The notes beneath the pieces are model-generated. The model was not told the origin of the DNA. It did no database searches and worked only from the letters and a program-made list of their open reading frames with translations. Below, one piece after another: positions 33,591 to 43,463 of a stretch of DNA of 64,000 nt. The DNA is taken from contig MFGN01000007.1 of the NCBI GenBank assembly GCA_001780285.1, forward strand, positions 7,346 to 71,345. The letters are read 5' to 3'. Positions within the stretch are counted from its first letter, which is position 1, and every line of letters starts with the position of its first letter. A program made the translations under genes and the position numbers. This stretch comes from Candidatus Falkowbacteria bacterium RIFOXYD12_FULL_34_57 (GTDB lineage Bacteria > Patescibacteriota > Patescibacteriia > Patescibacteriales > UBA12075).

Positions 33591-35198
33591 TTAATGAGTT
33601 TTATCCATACCCCCATATCTGCTATAGTTGCTACTTTCTTCTTTTTGTTTAACATCATAATTAATTTCCACGGAATGCGGCTTGGTCTGCATTTTTCTGG
33701 TTTCCAGTATTCCGTCGTTATTTTTATCAATGATGCTGATTCTTTTTTCTCCCTCGTCATAATCTATTCTAAAGGATTTTTTTTCAATTAAGTATTCAAA
33801 GATCATTCTTCTGGAGGCTTCATTGACAATGAATAGTTCCAAAACTTTTCCATTGATAACAATGTTGTCAAAAGAAAGTTTTTGGTATTCTTCATTTAGT
33901 CTGTAAAATTCTACCACCCTTCCCTTGATATCTCCGTATTTATTATCTTTTTTGTGGTAGCGCAATGCCATGTATTCAACTTGAAGGTTGTTCTTTTTAT
34001 CATGGTCATGATTTTGGGCAATTGATTCATCTTTGGCGTGTTCTCTTTTTTTGTATTTCACAAAAATTTCAAAATCACCATGTTGATAGTCAATCGGTTT
34101 ATCCCAACCTTTTTCATTAACCTCTTCTTGTGCTATCTCAATTTTTCCGGGTTGCGCAAAATAAGCTTTCATTTTTTGTTCATTGTAGGTGAATTTTTTT
34201 TCTTCTTTTCTGCCATTTATGGCCTTTTTTAAAGTCTCTTGTTGGTTTTTTTGAAAGTCTTCTATAGAGGAGATATATACTACACTAAATTCATCTGGTA
34301 TTCCAAATGACGGATCGCCTGGGCGATCTAGGTCTATAGACAGTATACTCATATTATCACTATCTATTTTGTGATAAATACTGATGATTGGATATTTTTC
34401 CGCTTTACCATCCGGATCTAGGCGGAAAATATGCAGATAGTCGCCCTTTTTGTCGCTATCAATATCAGTAATCGTGATTATTAGCTTTACTTTTTTTGTT
34501 TCCCAGATTTTTTTGTGGATTTTGTCTTTGTCAGGATAGTCGGGATTATCCACTTCTTCCATCCATGTTTTTTCAATGATTGCTTCTTCCAGTGTTTTAG
34601 CCCTTTTGTTTTCTAGCGCCCTCTTTACATATTCGGGTATAAAATTAGTTTCTTTTTCCAGATCGGTTCCGGGATACAGAACGACATTATCGTTCTTCCA
34701 TTTTTTAAAATTTTCCATTTGTTCTACATTAATGCCTATCATTTTGCACCATGCAATATATTGGCATATCCTTGTATACCGACTGGCATTTTCTTCTAGG
34801 ATTGTTTTTTGATATTCAATTCTCTTTTTGATTTCCGGATGATTTTTTAAATATTTTCCAATCTCGCTGGATGGATTTGTCTGGCGCGGGTCAAGCAGGG
34901 TGTTGGTGGTTTCCAGTAGGTCGTTTATTTGTTTCAGTTTTTCTTCTACTGAAAAAGCCTCATAATTAATGGCGTAGCCACTGTTGCCGTTTTCATCTAT
35001 TTCAATGATCATTTTTCCATTGGAATCTTTTCGAGCTTTATCTTTTAGTATAACTTGTGCCGCACCAGTGTCAGCCTCATATTCATTCATTCCATAAGTT
35101 TCTTTGAATATTTTTTTTGCCTCTTCTTCTAATGTTCCACAGGAACATAAACAAAAAAGCAATAGAAACGATAAGCTAAATATTTGGTATTTTTTCAT
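33591..35198 (-). CDS. Hypothetical lipoprotein (535 aa)
   Basis: Signal plus lipobox (LLLFCLCSCGT). K/E/D-rich. No family recognised. Confidence 0.6.
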   Translation of the reverse strand: MKKYQIFSLSFLLLFCLCSCGTLEEEAKKIFKETYGMNEYEADTGAAQVILKDKARKDSNGKMIIEIDENGNSGYAINYEAFSVEEKLKQINDLLETTNTLLDPRQTNPSSEIGKYLKNHPEIKKRIEYQKTILEENASRYTRICQYIAWCKMIGINVEQMENFKKWKNDNVVLYPGTDLEKETNFIPEYVKRALENKRAKTLEEAIIEKTWMEEVDNPDYPDKDKIHKKIWETKKVKLIITITDIDSDKKGDYLHIFRLDPDGKAEKYPIISIYHKIDSDNMSILSIDLDRPGDPSFGIPDEFSVVYISSIEDFQKNQQETLKKAINGRKEEKKFTYNEQKMKAYFAQPGKIEIAQEEVNEKGWDKPIDYQHGDFEIFVKYKKREHAKDESIAQNHDHDKKNNLQVEYMALRYHKKDNKYGDIKGRVVEFYRLNEEYQKLSFDNIVINGKVLELFIVNEASRRMIFEYLIEKKSFRIDYDEGEKRISIIDKNNDGILETRKMQTKPHSVEINYDVKQKEESSNYSRYGGMDKTH

Positions 35199-35199
35199 T

Positions 35200-36705
35200 T
35201 TATCCCTCCTCTCGCATCATTTCTACCATATCATAGACATGTATCTCTATTTGGGGAAGAGAAATAATCCCCTGATTTAGCATGTCGTTAAAGATGCGAA
35301 GCAAGTCTTCGTTGTTGCGATATGAAATATTAAGTATCCGGGCGCATGTTTTGGCCATGGAGATTATCATGTCTTGTTTTTTGGCTTCCTGTCTGTTTTT
35401 GTCTTTATCTTTGCCAAGATTGCTTTTAGCTTTTTTAAGAACTTCATTAATTATATTATCATTTTCCATGAGCCATTCTTGAGTTTTTTCCGGTCCGCCT
35501 AAAAGCGAGAAAGCATTTTTAGCATAAAAGAAAAGTTTATACCCACCATTTTTGTCCTGCATGTCGTCATTTAGACAGGCATAGAAAAATGGATTGGCAT
35601 AAAATTCCGGTAAAAATCTATCAAGGATTATTTCTCTGTAATTTGTTTTTATTTTTTCCGTTTCTTTCCAGTATTCATTAAATAATTCCGGATCAGTAAT
35701 TTTTATATTATTTACCGTAACATCAAACATATCATTCATGGCTTTTTGGATATCAAAACCGGTAGTCACCCGAGCAATTTTTCTTGTGGGAGCTTGATAG
35801 GGATGAAACATCATTGAATTTGCATAGCCATATCTCTCTATATATGACGCCCAAAGTTCTTTGTCAAAAAATGATCCAAGAAGCAGGCCCTGAAAGTGAA
35901 TATTTCTGTGCCACTGTTCATGAGTGGATGTGTCACCGAATTTATTATATTCATTAATCAGGGCAGCCGGATGATAATAGATGATGCCGCTGTCAGCGAG
36001 TGAAAGCCCGAATATTAAATAACCGTCGCCTCCCATGGGGGAGATAACCACTTCTTTGGGAATAAAGTCGGTAAACTTGGGTTTGGGTGGTATAAACATG
36101 AGCTCATCGGCCGGAATATTAGAATCAATTTTTGCTAATTTTTCTTCCAGAGAATCTCCTGCCTTCAATGTGCCAAAAATAATCAACTGTCCTTCTATTT
36201 TTTTAACTACTTTATCTCTGGCGTCTGTCGTAAGATTTGTTAAATACTCTGCACTTTCCACTATTTTGTTGGCCCATGTGAATTTTATTTTTTCAAATTC
36301 TTGAATGCTTACTTCTTGGGTTTGGCCATTGTGGAAATAAAATATTTTTTCGTTTAAGAAGCGGTATTCATTCATGGTGATAGGAAATTCGGCATTTCTA
36401 TTTGGAACTTTAACCGTAAAAGATATTCCTTGTCCCACCACATATAATGAACTTTCCCGATAATTGGAAAAAACATAGTTTTGGATATCTATCCATCTGG
36501 AAAATATTTCTGTTGGTTCAGCATCTTTTTTGATGCAGGGCCATTTTTTTACATATTCGGGGAGTTTTTCTTCAATAAAACGTTCCATATTGGGATGCGC
36601 TTCAATCACTACCGTTGAGTGCGGATCGTAAGATGGCGTAGCTGATGCTGCCGGGCAGATGATCCACAAGGCAAAAATAGCAGTAAGTATAAATAGTTTT
36701 CTCAT
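35200..36705 (-). CDS. Hypothetical secreted protein with an HExxH motif (possible zinc-dependent hydrolase)
   Basis: Signal peptide MRKLFILTAIFALWIICPAASA. THEQWHRNIH at aa 261-270 (nt 35908-35922 encode HEQWH). AGGAGG RBS upstream of the ATG at 36705. Confidence 0.6.
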   Translation of the reverse strand: MRKLFILTAIFALWIICPAASATPSYDPHSTVVIEAHPNMERFIEEKLPEYVKKWPCIKKDAEPTEIFSRWIDIQNYVFSNYRESSLYVVGQGISFTVKVPNRNAEFPITMNEYRFLNEKIFYFHNGQTQEVSIQEFEKIKFTWANKIVESAEYLTNLTTDARDKVVKKIEGQLIIFGTLKAGDSLEEKLAKIDSNIPADELMFIPPKPKFTDFIPKEVVISPMGGDGYLIFGLSLADSGIIYYHPAALINEYNKFGDTSTHEQWHRNIHFQGLLLGSFFDKELWASYIERYGYANSMMFHPYQAPTRKIARVTTGFDIQKAMNDMFDVTVNNIKITDPELFNEYWKETEKIKTNYREIILDRFLPEFYANPFFYACLNDDMQDKNGGYKLFFYAKNAFSLLGGPEKTQEWLMENDNIINEVLKKAKSNLGKDKDKNRQEAKKQDMIISMAKTCARILNISYRNNEDLLRIFNDMLNQGIISLPQIEIHVYDMVEMMREEG

Positions 36706-37054
36706 AACATACCTCCTGTTATTGAGTGGTTTTCCGGTCTTTTATTAAAAATCGGATTGGTTTTCAAGTTGGTTGGTTGATGGCTTGCGTTTTAAATCCT
36801 GTAATAATCATGAATTGGCTTTTGCCTCCGTTTCAAATCATTGATTTATATTAAATTGTCAAAGTCCAGAAATTTTTAAAATAAAACCTGAAACAAGAGT
36901 TTTTCCTCCTTTATTTCAGGTTGTTATAAATTTATTCTATTATATTAAATTTACCAACTTTAAGATAATGCGTCAATAGCTGAAAAGCAAATAAAACATA
37001 TATTGTTTTAATTTTATTTAAATTTTATCAGAATATAGGAATAATTTAATAGTG

Positions 37055-37083
37055 TTGATTTATCTCTTATTTTTTTATATAAT
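37055..37083 (+). promoter_or_regulatory. Sigma70-like promoter of the metK leader (-35 TTGATT, 17 bp, -10 TATAAT)
   Basis: TTGATT at 37055-37060 and TATAAT at 37078-37083. Confidence 0.5.
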
Positions 37084-37102
37084 TAAAACACAATTAAATA
37101 TA

Positions 37103-37275
37103 TTTATCATGATTGCGGTGAGAGATCTGGCTCTGCGACCCGCTGGCAACCATCTTTAAGAAAGTTTAAAGAAAGGTGCCCCATCCAGCCCTAAGAAGGG
37201 AGAGATAAAGGTCGATTTTTTATTGCGAATAAAAAAGTAAATCTTTCCCAAAATTTATATCAGGGAAAGTTTTTT
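37103..37275 (+). promoter_or_regulatory. SAM-I clan riboswitch (S-box or SAM-I/IV-like) with terminator expression platform
   Basis: P1 TTTATC (37103-37108) / GATAAA (37204-37209). Conserved cores GAGAGAUCUGGCUC...GCUGGCAACC and AAGGUGCCCCAUCC. Terminator CTTTCCC/GGGAAAG plus T6 (37243-37275). GGGAGAG (37198-37204) can alternatively pair with CTTTCCC as an antiterminator. Lies upstream of metK. Confidence 0.8.
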
Positions 37276-37295
37276 ATTATTTAAAAAATAAGAAT

Positions 37296-38342
37296 ATGAA
37301 TTATCAAACAAAAATTTGTACAGTAGAAAGCGTTACCTCTGGCCATCCGGACAAGGTATGCGATCAAATTTCTGACGCTGTTTTAGATGCGTGCCTAAAA
37401 GAAGATCCAAAGAGCCGCGTGGCGATTGAAACTTTCGGCGGCCATGGCCTAGTGGTGGTCGGCGGAGAGCTTACTACCAATGCCGATATCGACGCTAAAA
37501 AAATTGCCCAGGATGTTTATACCGGTATCGGTTATAATGAGCCGCTTGAGATTTTAACCAGAATAGTAAAACAATCGCCCGATATCAGCCAGGGGGTAGA
37601 CACCGGCGGCGCAGGGGATCAGGGCATTATGTACGGTTATGCTACGAACGAAACGAATGAATATCTGCCCGAGGGAGTTGTTCTTGCCCATAAATTAAGC
37701 CGCGGGCTTGAAGATTTGCGCAGGAGCGGGATAAACTGGCTAAGGCCGGACGGCAAATCACAGGTGACGCTTAAAGACGGCCGGGTAAAAACAGTCCTGA
37801 TAAGTACGCAGCACACCCAAGATGTTTCTCAGGAAGAGATAAAAAAAGTATTAACAGAAAAATTAATCAGGCCGATTATAAAAACTGAAGATATTGAGAT
37901 TTATGTAAATCCCACAGGCATGTTTTTGCAGGGCGGATTTGAGGCTGATACCGGTCTTACGGGGCGAAAATTAATGGTGGATACTTATGGCGGGCTTATT
38001 CCGCACGGCGGCGGATGCTTTTCGGGCAAAGATGCGACTAAGGTGGACCGCAGCGCCGCGTATATGTGCCGCTTTGCGGCTAAAAATATCGTAGCTAACG
38101 GTTTGGCTGATAAGTGCCTGGTGTCGGTTGCTTATGCTATCGGCATGGAAAAGCCATTGATGGTGGAAGCCGTGAATGAAAAAGGAGAAAGTTTGAGCGA
38201 GATTGTAAATAAAAATTTTGATTTCCGTCCCCCGGCAATTATTGAAAGACTTGATTTGCGCCGGCCAATATTTCAACAGACAGCCAGCTACGGGCATTTC
38301 GGCAAAGAGGGGCTGCCCTGGGAGGAGATGGTTGAAATATAA
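37296..38342 (+). CDS. metK: S-adenosylmethionine synthetase (compact bacterial type)
   Basis: ESVTSGHPDKVCDQISDAVLDA, GAGDQGIMYGYA, DTYGG..PHGGGCFSGKD.TKVDRSAAY. Confidence 0.95.
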   Translation: MNYQTKICTVESVTSGHPDKVCDQISDAVLDACLKEDPKSRVAIETFGGHGLVVVGGELTTNADIDAKKIAQDVYTGIGYNEPLEILTRIVKQSPDISQGVDTGGAGDQGIMYGYATNETNEYLPEGVVLAHKLSRGLEDLRRSGINWLRPDGKSQVTLKDGRVKTVLISTQHTQDVSQEEIKKVLTEKLIRPIIKTEDIEIYVNPTGMFLQGGFEADTGLTGRKLMVDTYGGLIPHGGGCFSGKDATKVDRSAAYMCRFAAKNIVANGLADKCLVSVAYAIGMEKPLMVEAVNEKGESLSEIVNKNFDFRPPAIIERLDLRRPIFQQTASYGHFGKEGLPWEEMVEI

Positions 38343-38420
38343 ATGAAATAAGTAATATTGAAGTGTTTAACCGTAAAAATAAAATGTTTAAAAGGTGAAA
38401 ACGTAAAATTAACATGGAAA

Positions 38421-38461
38421 ATACTAGAATTAATGCTAATATTAATTCTAGTATTTTTTTG
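38421..38461 (+). terminator. Rho-independent terminator after metK
   Basis: 14-bp stem ATACTAGAATTAAT / ATTAATTCTAGTAT with a 6-nt loop and T8. Confidence 0.85.
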
Positions 38462-38586
38462 TTTGCGTATTTTGGTGGACATAATATATTTTTTATGTTA
38501 AGTTTTATAAAATTTTAGGAGAAATTCATCAAAAACGCTCTTTAAAAATTATTTATAAATATATAACAAAACGGAGGTAATTTGCC

Positions 38587-40311
38587 ATGAAACGATTTTT
38601 TGTTTGTTTAAGTATTTTTTTGTTTGTTTTTTCAGGTATTGCTATTGCTGAAGAAAAAGCAAAAGTCCCCAATTTGAAGATACCATCAGCCGAGGTCTTA
38701 AAATCTGTTAATCAGGAATTGGTTACAGCTACAGTGGGAGATCCTAAAACTTTTAATCCAATCACTTCATCAGAAACATCTTCTTCGGCTATTTATGGTT
38801 ATGTATTTGAAGGTTTGATTGAACAAGATCCGATTACTTTGGAGTTTGAACCGAATTTAGCAAAAAGATGGGAAGTGGATAAAAGCGGTTTAATTTGGAC
38901 TTTTTATTTGCGTGATGATGTGAAGTGGAATGATGGTCAGCACAAATTTACCGCCAAAGATGTTTTGTTTACCTTAAATGCTATTTACGGCGTTCCTAAC
39001 GGTATGCAGGATATTTTAACGATTGATGGTAAAAAAATAGAAGCTAAAATTATTAATGATTTTACTATTCAGTTTATTTTACCAGTAAGATTTGCTCCAT
39101 TTTTAAGCGTAATGCAATGGCCTATTTTGCCGGAGTTTGTCCTGGGTGAGAGTTTGAAAAACGGTACTTTTGAAAGCCAGTGGAATATATCTACTAATCC
39201 TAAAAAACTTATTGGTACCGGACCCTATAAATTAGTTGAATATGAATCAACTCAACATGCTAAATATGAGCGCAATCCCCACTACTGGAAGAAAGATGAA
39301 AAGGGCAATAAATTACCATATATAGAAAAGAGAACTATTTTAATAGTTCAAGATGCCAATACTGCTTTTTTAAAATTTAAAAAAGGTGAAACTCATTTTT
39401 ACAGTCCGTCTCCGGAATATGTAGCGGAGTTGGAAGATAATCAAGATAAGTTAAAAATTGTGGTAAAAGAAATCGGAATTGGTCTTGGTGTGGAATTTTT
39501 AGTCTTTAATCGCAATCCTAAATATTACAAGAAAGAAGATAAGAAAACCAATCCAAAGTTATTGTGGTTTGAAGACTTGAATTTTCTTAAAGCCGTTAAC
39601 CATGCTATTGATAAGGAGAGTATTATTGTTTCAGTGCTTTACGGCATGGGTAAAATAGCACCGGCTATTATTGCTCCCAGTAATCACATTTTTACCAATA
39701 AGGATTTAAAGGATTATAAATATGATCCGGATTTAGCTGAAGAAATATTGGAAAAAGCGGGTTATATTGATCGTGATAATGATGGAATCAGGGAAGATGA
39801 AAATGGTAGTAAGTTGGAATTTGATTTATCAACCAATGCCGGTAATAATACCAGAGAAAAATTATGTTCCATAATCAAACAAGATTTAGAGGATATAGGA
39901 ATTAAAGTTAATTTTCGTCCGCTAGAATTTAATACTCTTGTTCAAAAGCTTATGGATAATTATGAGTGGGACGCGATTGTTATCGGGCTTACCGGTGGTT
40001 CAGAACCTCACAATGGCGCTAATGTTTATAAATCAAGCGGCAAATTGCATGTGTGGAATCCGGCACAGGAAAAACCAGCCACAAAATGGGAGGAGGAGCT
40101 GGATAGGCTTGTAAGTCAGGGCGCGCAAGAACTGGATTTGGAAAAAAGAATAAAGATCTACCACCATCTGCAAGAGATTTTGCATGAAAATTTACCATTC
40201 ATAGTTTTGCCGCGCAGCATCAGCTATACGGCTTACAATAAAAATATAGAAAATTATTTCTCAACAGTTTTCGGAACTTATAAATTAGAAAGAATTTTTT
40301 TAAATAAATAA
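38587..40311 (+). CDS. ABC transporter substrate-binding protein, family 5 (oligopeptide/dipeptide OppA/DppA-like)
   Basis: Signal peptide (not a lipobox). ...VGDPKTFNP..., ...GTGPYKLVEYE...RNPHYW... Confidence 0.85.
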   Translation: MKRFFVCLSIFLFVFSGIAIAEEKAKVPNLKIPSAEVLKSVNQELVTATVGDPKTFNPITSSETSSSAIYGYVFEGLIEQDPITLEFEPNLAKRWEVDKSGLIWTFYLRDDVKWNDGQHKFTAKDVLFTLNAIYGVPNGMQDILTIDGKKIEAKIINDFTIQFILPVRFAPFLSVMQWPILPEFVLGESLKNGTFESQWNISTNPKKLIGTGPYKLVEYESTQHAKYERNPHYWKKDEKGNKLPYIEKRTILIVQDANTAFLKFKKGETHFYSPSPEYVAELEDNQDKLKIVVKEIGIGLGVEFLVFNRNPKYYKKEDKKTNPKLLWFEDLNFLKAVNHAIDKESIIVSVLYGMGKIAPAIIAPSNHIFTNKDLKDYKYDPDLAEEILEKAGYIDRDNDGIREDENGSKLEFDLSTNAGNNTREKLCSIIKQDLEDIGIKVNFRPLEFNTLVQKLMDNYEWDAIVIGLTGGSEPHNGANVYKSSGKLHVWNPAQEKPATKWEEELDRLVSQGAQELDLEKRIKIYHHLQEILHENLPFIVLPRSISYTAYNKNIENYFSTVFGTYKLERIFLNK

Positions 40312-40323
40312 GCGCACACAAGC

Positions 40324-40349
40324 ATACCCTCAAAATCGAGGGTATTTTT
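40324..40349 (+). terminator. Intra-operon hairpin/terminator after the binding-protein gene
   Basis: ATACCCTC / loop AAAATC / GAGGGTAT plus TTTTA. A TTGACA box follows at ~40364. Confidence 0.6.
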
Positions 40350-40463
40350 ATTTGCTTTTTTTATTGACAAATAACTGTATTTTATGAGAATATATACCAC
40401 TACAGTTCTTTAAAATTTTAATTAAAATAAACAAATCTTGAACTTTTATAAGGAGAATCAGTT

Positions 40464-41441
40464 ATGAAGAGTTTTTTACTAAAAAGGTTGATACAAATCC
40501 CTTTTATTTTGTTATTAATTTCGTTTATGTCGTTTATGGTCTTGCAGCTGGCTCCTGGTGATTTTTTTACCGCCATGCAGATGAATCCGCAAATATCCGC
40601 GGAAACCATAGCTGAAATGAGTGCAAAGTATGGTTTTGATAAGCCTTTAATGGTGCAATACATTCTCTGGCTTAAAGGAATTGTATGCGGAGATTTTGGA
40701 CAAAGCCTGAGTTATCATGTATCAGTAGTGCAGTTAATTGGTTCCAGATTGGTCAGTACGGTAATTTTGAGTTTTTGTTCCATTTTATTCACTTGGGTAT
40801 TAGCTTTTCCATTGGGTGTTATTATCGCTCTCAAAGCCAACACAATTTTGGATAGGGGCTTATCATTTTTTGCTTTTTTGGGTATGAGTATGCCGTCATT
40901 CTTTTTTGCTTTTTTACTTTTGCTATTAGCTCTGCACACCGGATGGTTTCCGATTGGCGGAACTTTTTCTTCTGATTATTTTGATTTGTCTTTATGGGGA
41001 AAAATAATTGATCGAGGAAGGCATTTGGTAATTCCGGTACTTGTTTTAGGACTGGGCGGAATGGGATCGCTGATGCGCGTGATGCGTACTCAGGTATTAG
41101 AGATAGTAAACGCTGATTTTGTTAATGCTGCCAGAGCTAGAGGTTTATCTGAGTGGAGAGTGATACTGAAACACGTGGTACGCAATGCTATTAATCCGTT
41201 TGTAACCGGAATAGGTTATCTTTTTGGAGCATTAGTTAGCGGAGCAGCATTGGTGGAGATAGTGCTCAATCTTCAGGGACTTGGAACATTGGTTTTAACC
41301 GCAGTCCAATCTCAAGATCAGTTCGTAATCATGGGGGTGCTTTTGATCTCTGGATGCCTGCTCTTGGTGGGTGTATTAATCGCTGATATTCTGCTCACCT
41401 TGGTTGATCCTAGAATTACTTTCAAAAAGCTGGAGGGGTAA
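40464..41441 (+). CDS. Opp/Dpp ABC transporter permease (OppB-like)
   Basis: N-terminal LLKRLIQ..., six TM helices, EAA-loop region ..VNAARARGLSEWRVILKHVVRNA. Confidence 0.9.
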   Translation: MKSFLLKRLIQIPFILLLISFMSFMVLQLAPGDFFTAMQMNPQISAETIAEMSAKYGFDKPLMVQYILWLKGIVCGDFGQSLSYHVSVVQLIGSRLVSTVILSFCSILFTWVLAFPLGVIIALKANTILDRGLSFFAFLGMSMPSFFFAFLLLLLALHTGWFPIGGTFSSDYFDLSLWGKIIDRGRHLVIPVLVLGLGGMGSLMRVMRTQVLEIVNADFVNAARARGLSEWRVILKHVVRNAINPFVTGIGYLFGALVSGAALVEIVLNLQGLGTLVLTAVQSQDQFVIMGVLLISGCLLLVGVLIADILLTLVDPRITFKKLEG

Positions 41442-41442
41442 A

Positions 41443-42483
41443 ATGAAAGGAATATTGTCTTTATACAAACAAATGCACCTCACGGCTAAAATTAGTTTTT
41501 GGGGTATATTAATTCTTTATTCGGTAACTTTAATGGCGCCTATTCTGGCTCCCTATGATTATGCCGAGCAGCATCGCAAGCATCCACATGCACCGATTAC
41601 TAAAATTCATTTTATACATCAGGATGAAAATGGCAGTAAGATTGGATGGCCGTATGTATGTCAATACAAGTTAACAGATGTGAAAAGGCGTATCTATAAA
41701 GAAGATGTAAACAAGAAATACGCTATTCAATTTTGGACAGAAGATAATCGTTTATTCGGTACGGAAAAAAGAGGAAAAATATTTTTGCTCGGTACTGATT
41801 CTGTCGGTAGGGATATTTTTTCCCGCATACTTTACGGAGGAAGAATCAGTTTAACGATTCCTTTGGCCGGTGTGTTTATCAGTTTGTTTTTTGGCCTTTT
41901 GATTGGATCGGTATCCGGGTATTTCGGCGGATTGACCGATGATTTTGTTATGGGCATGTGTTTGATTATTATGTCTATCCCCGGATTTCCGTTATTGATT
42001 GTGCTCGCCGGGGTAATTCCGTCCGGAGTGTCATCGGCCATGACATTTTTAATGATTGTGGTAATTATGAGTTTTATCGGCTGGGCAGGGCTCGCACGCG
42101 TAATACGAGGAATGACCGCATCTACCAGAGAGCAGGATTTTGTTACGGCCAGTAAGGCTCTGGGCGCTTCTCATTGGTGGATTATTACCCGCCATATTCT
42201 TCCCTCTGTTTTGAATTATGCAATTATTTCTGCTTCAATGAGTATTCCCGGGTATATTATGGGAGAATCGGGACTCTCTATGATCGGTCTTGGAATTCAG
42301 GAGCCGCAAGCCAGTTGGGGGAATATGCTGTCAGAAGCTATGAAAAATGTGCAGATATTAAGCAGCCAGCCGACGCTGCTGGTTCCGGGGTTAATGATTT
42401 TGTTTACGGTGATGTATTTTAATTTTCTGGGAGATTTTCTGCGCGATTTTTATGATCCTCGAACAAAAAGAAGCCTAGGATGA
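41443..42483 (+). CDS. Opp/Dpp ABC transporter permease (OppC-like)
   Basis: LGTDSVGRDIFSRILYGGR, ...FVTASKALGASHWWIITRHILPS. The ATG at 41443 follows the upstream stop by 1 nt; the listed 41404 start is rejected. Confidence 0.9.
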   Translation: MKGILSLYKQMHLTAKISFWGILILYSVTLMAPILAPYDYAEQHRKHPHAPITKIHFIHQDENGSKIGWPYVCQYKLTDVKRRIYKEDVNKKYAIQFWTEDNRLFGTEKRGKIFLLGTDSVGRDIFSRILYGGRISLTIPLAGVFISLFFGLLIGSVSGYFGGLTDDFVMGMCLIIMSIPGFPLLIVLAGVIPSGVSSAMTFLMIVVIMSFIGWAGLARVIRGMTASTREQDFVTASKALGASHWWIITRHILPSVLNYAIISASMSIPGYIMGESGLSMIGLGIQEPQASWGNMLSEAMKNVQILSSQPTLLVPGLMILFTVMYFNFLGDFLRDFYDPRTKRSLG

Positions 42484-42497
42484 TATAAGGAGATAAA

Positions 42498-43463
42498 ATG
42501 TTATTACAAGTAAAAGATTTAAAAACACATTTTTTTATACAGGGAAAAACCGTAAAAGCGGTTGATGGAGTCAGTTTTGATATAGATAAGGGAGAAATTT
42601 TGGGCATAATCGGAGAATCTGGTTGCGGTAAAAGTGTATCGGCTATGTCTATTCTGAATTTGGTTCCGAAATCTGCCGGAAGGGTAGTGGGCGGAGAGAT
42701 ATGGTATAAAGACAAAAATTTGCTTGATTTTTCACCAAAAGAGATGCAAAAAATCCGAGGAAATGAAATTTCTTTGATTTTTCAGGAGCCGATTCAGGCC
42801 CTTGATCCCGTTTATACTATCGGCAACCACCTTTATGAAGCTTTGAGCGCTCATCAAAAGATATCCAAAGAAGAAGCGCGGGTTAAAGCTGTTGAATTGT
42901 TGCGATTAGTTGATATTCCTTCTCCGGAAATACGCATGGGGGAATATGCCCACCAATTTTCTGGAGGTATGGCCCAAAGAGCCATGATTGCTATAGCACT
43001 AGCTTGTAATCCTCATCTTTTGATTGCTGATGAACCGACCACTGCCTTGGATGTAACCATTCAGGCCGGTATTTTAGACTTGATTGTTGACTTGAGAAAC
43101 AGGCTTGATCTTGCAATTATCTTGATTACCCATAATCTGGGGATTGTAGCTCAAAACGCTGATCGTATCTGTATTATGTATGCAGGGCGAATTGTAGAAC
43201 AGGGAAGAACCGCAGATATTTTTAAAAATCCCAGCCACCCCTACACACAGGAATTGCTTCGAGCGGTCCCCAGGCTTGATTTGGATAATCAAAAATTACA
43301 AGAAATAGAAGGTACGGTTCCCAATTTGGCAGATTTACCAGAGGGGTGTAAATTTCATCCTCGTTGCCGCTTTAAAACCGATAAATGCACAAAAGAAGAG
43401 CCACTATTTTTGAAAGTTGGAGAAAAGCATCAAGTGAAATGTTTTTTAAGGGGGCGCGAATGA
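42498..43463 (+). CDS. Opp/Dpp ABC transporter ATPase (OppD-like)
   Basis: Walker A GESGCGKS, signature FSGGMAQR, Walker B LLIADEPTTALD, and a C-terminal Cys-rich oligopeptide tail. Confidence 0.9.
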   Translation: MLLQVKDLKTHFFIQGKTVKAVDGVSFDIDKGEILGIIGESGCGKSVSAMSILNLVPKSAGRVVGGEIWYKDKNLLDFSPKEMQKIRGNEISLIFQEPIQALDPVYTIGNHLYEALSAHQKISKEEARVKAVELLRLVDIPSPEIRMGEYAHQFSGGMAQRAMIAIALACNPHLLIADEPTTALDVTIQAGILDLIVDLRNRLDLAIILITHNLGIVAQNADRICIMYAGRIVEQGRTADIFKNPSHPYTQELLRAVPRLDLDNQKLQEIEGTVPNLADLPEGCKFHPRCRFKTDKCTKEEPLFLKVGEKHQVKCFLRGRE

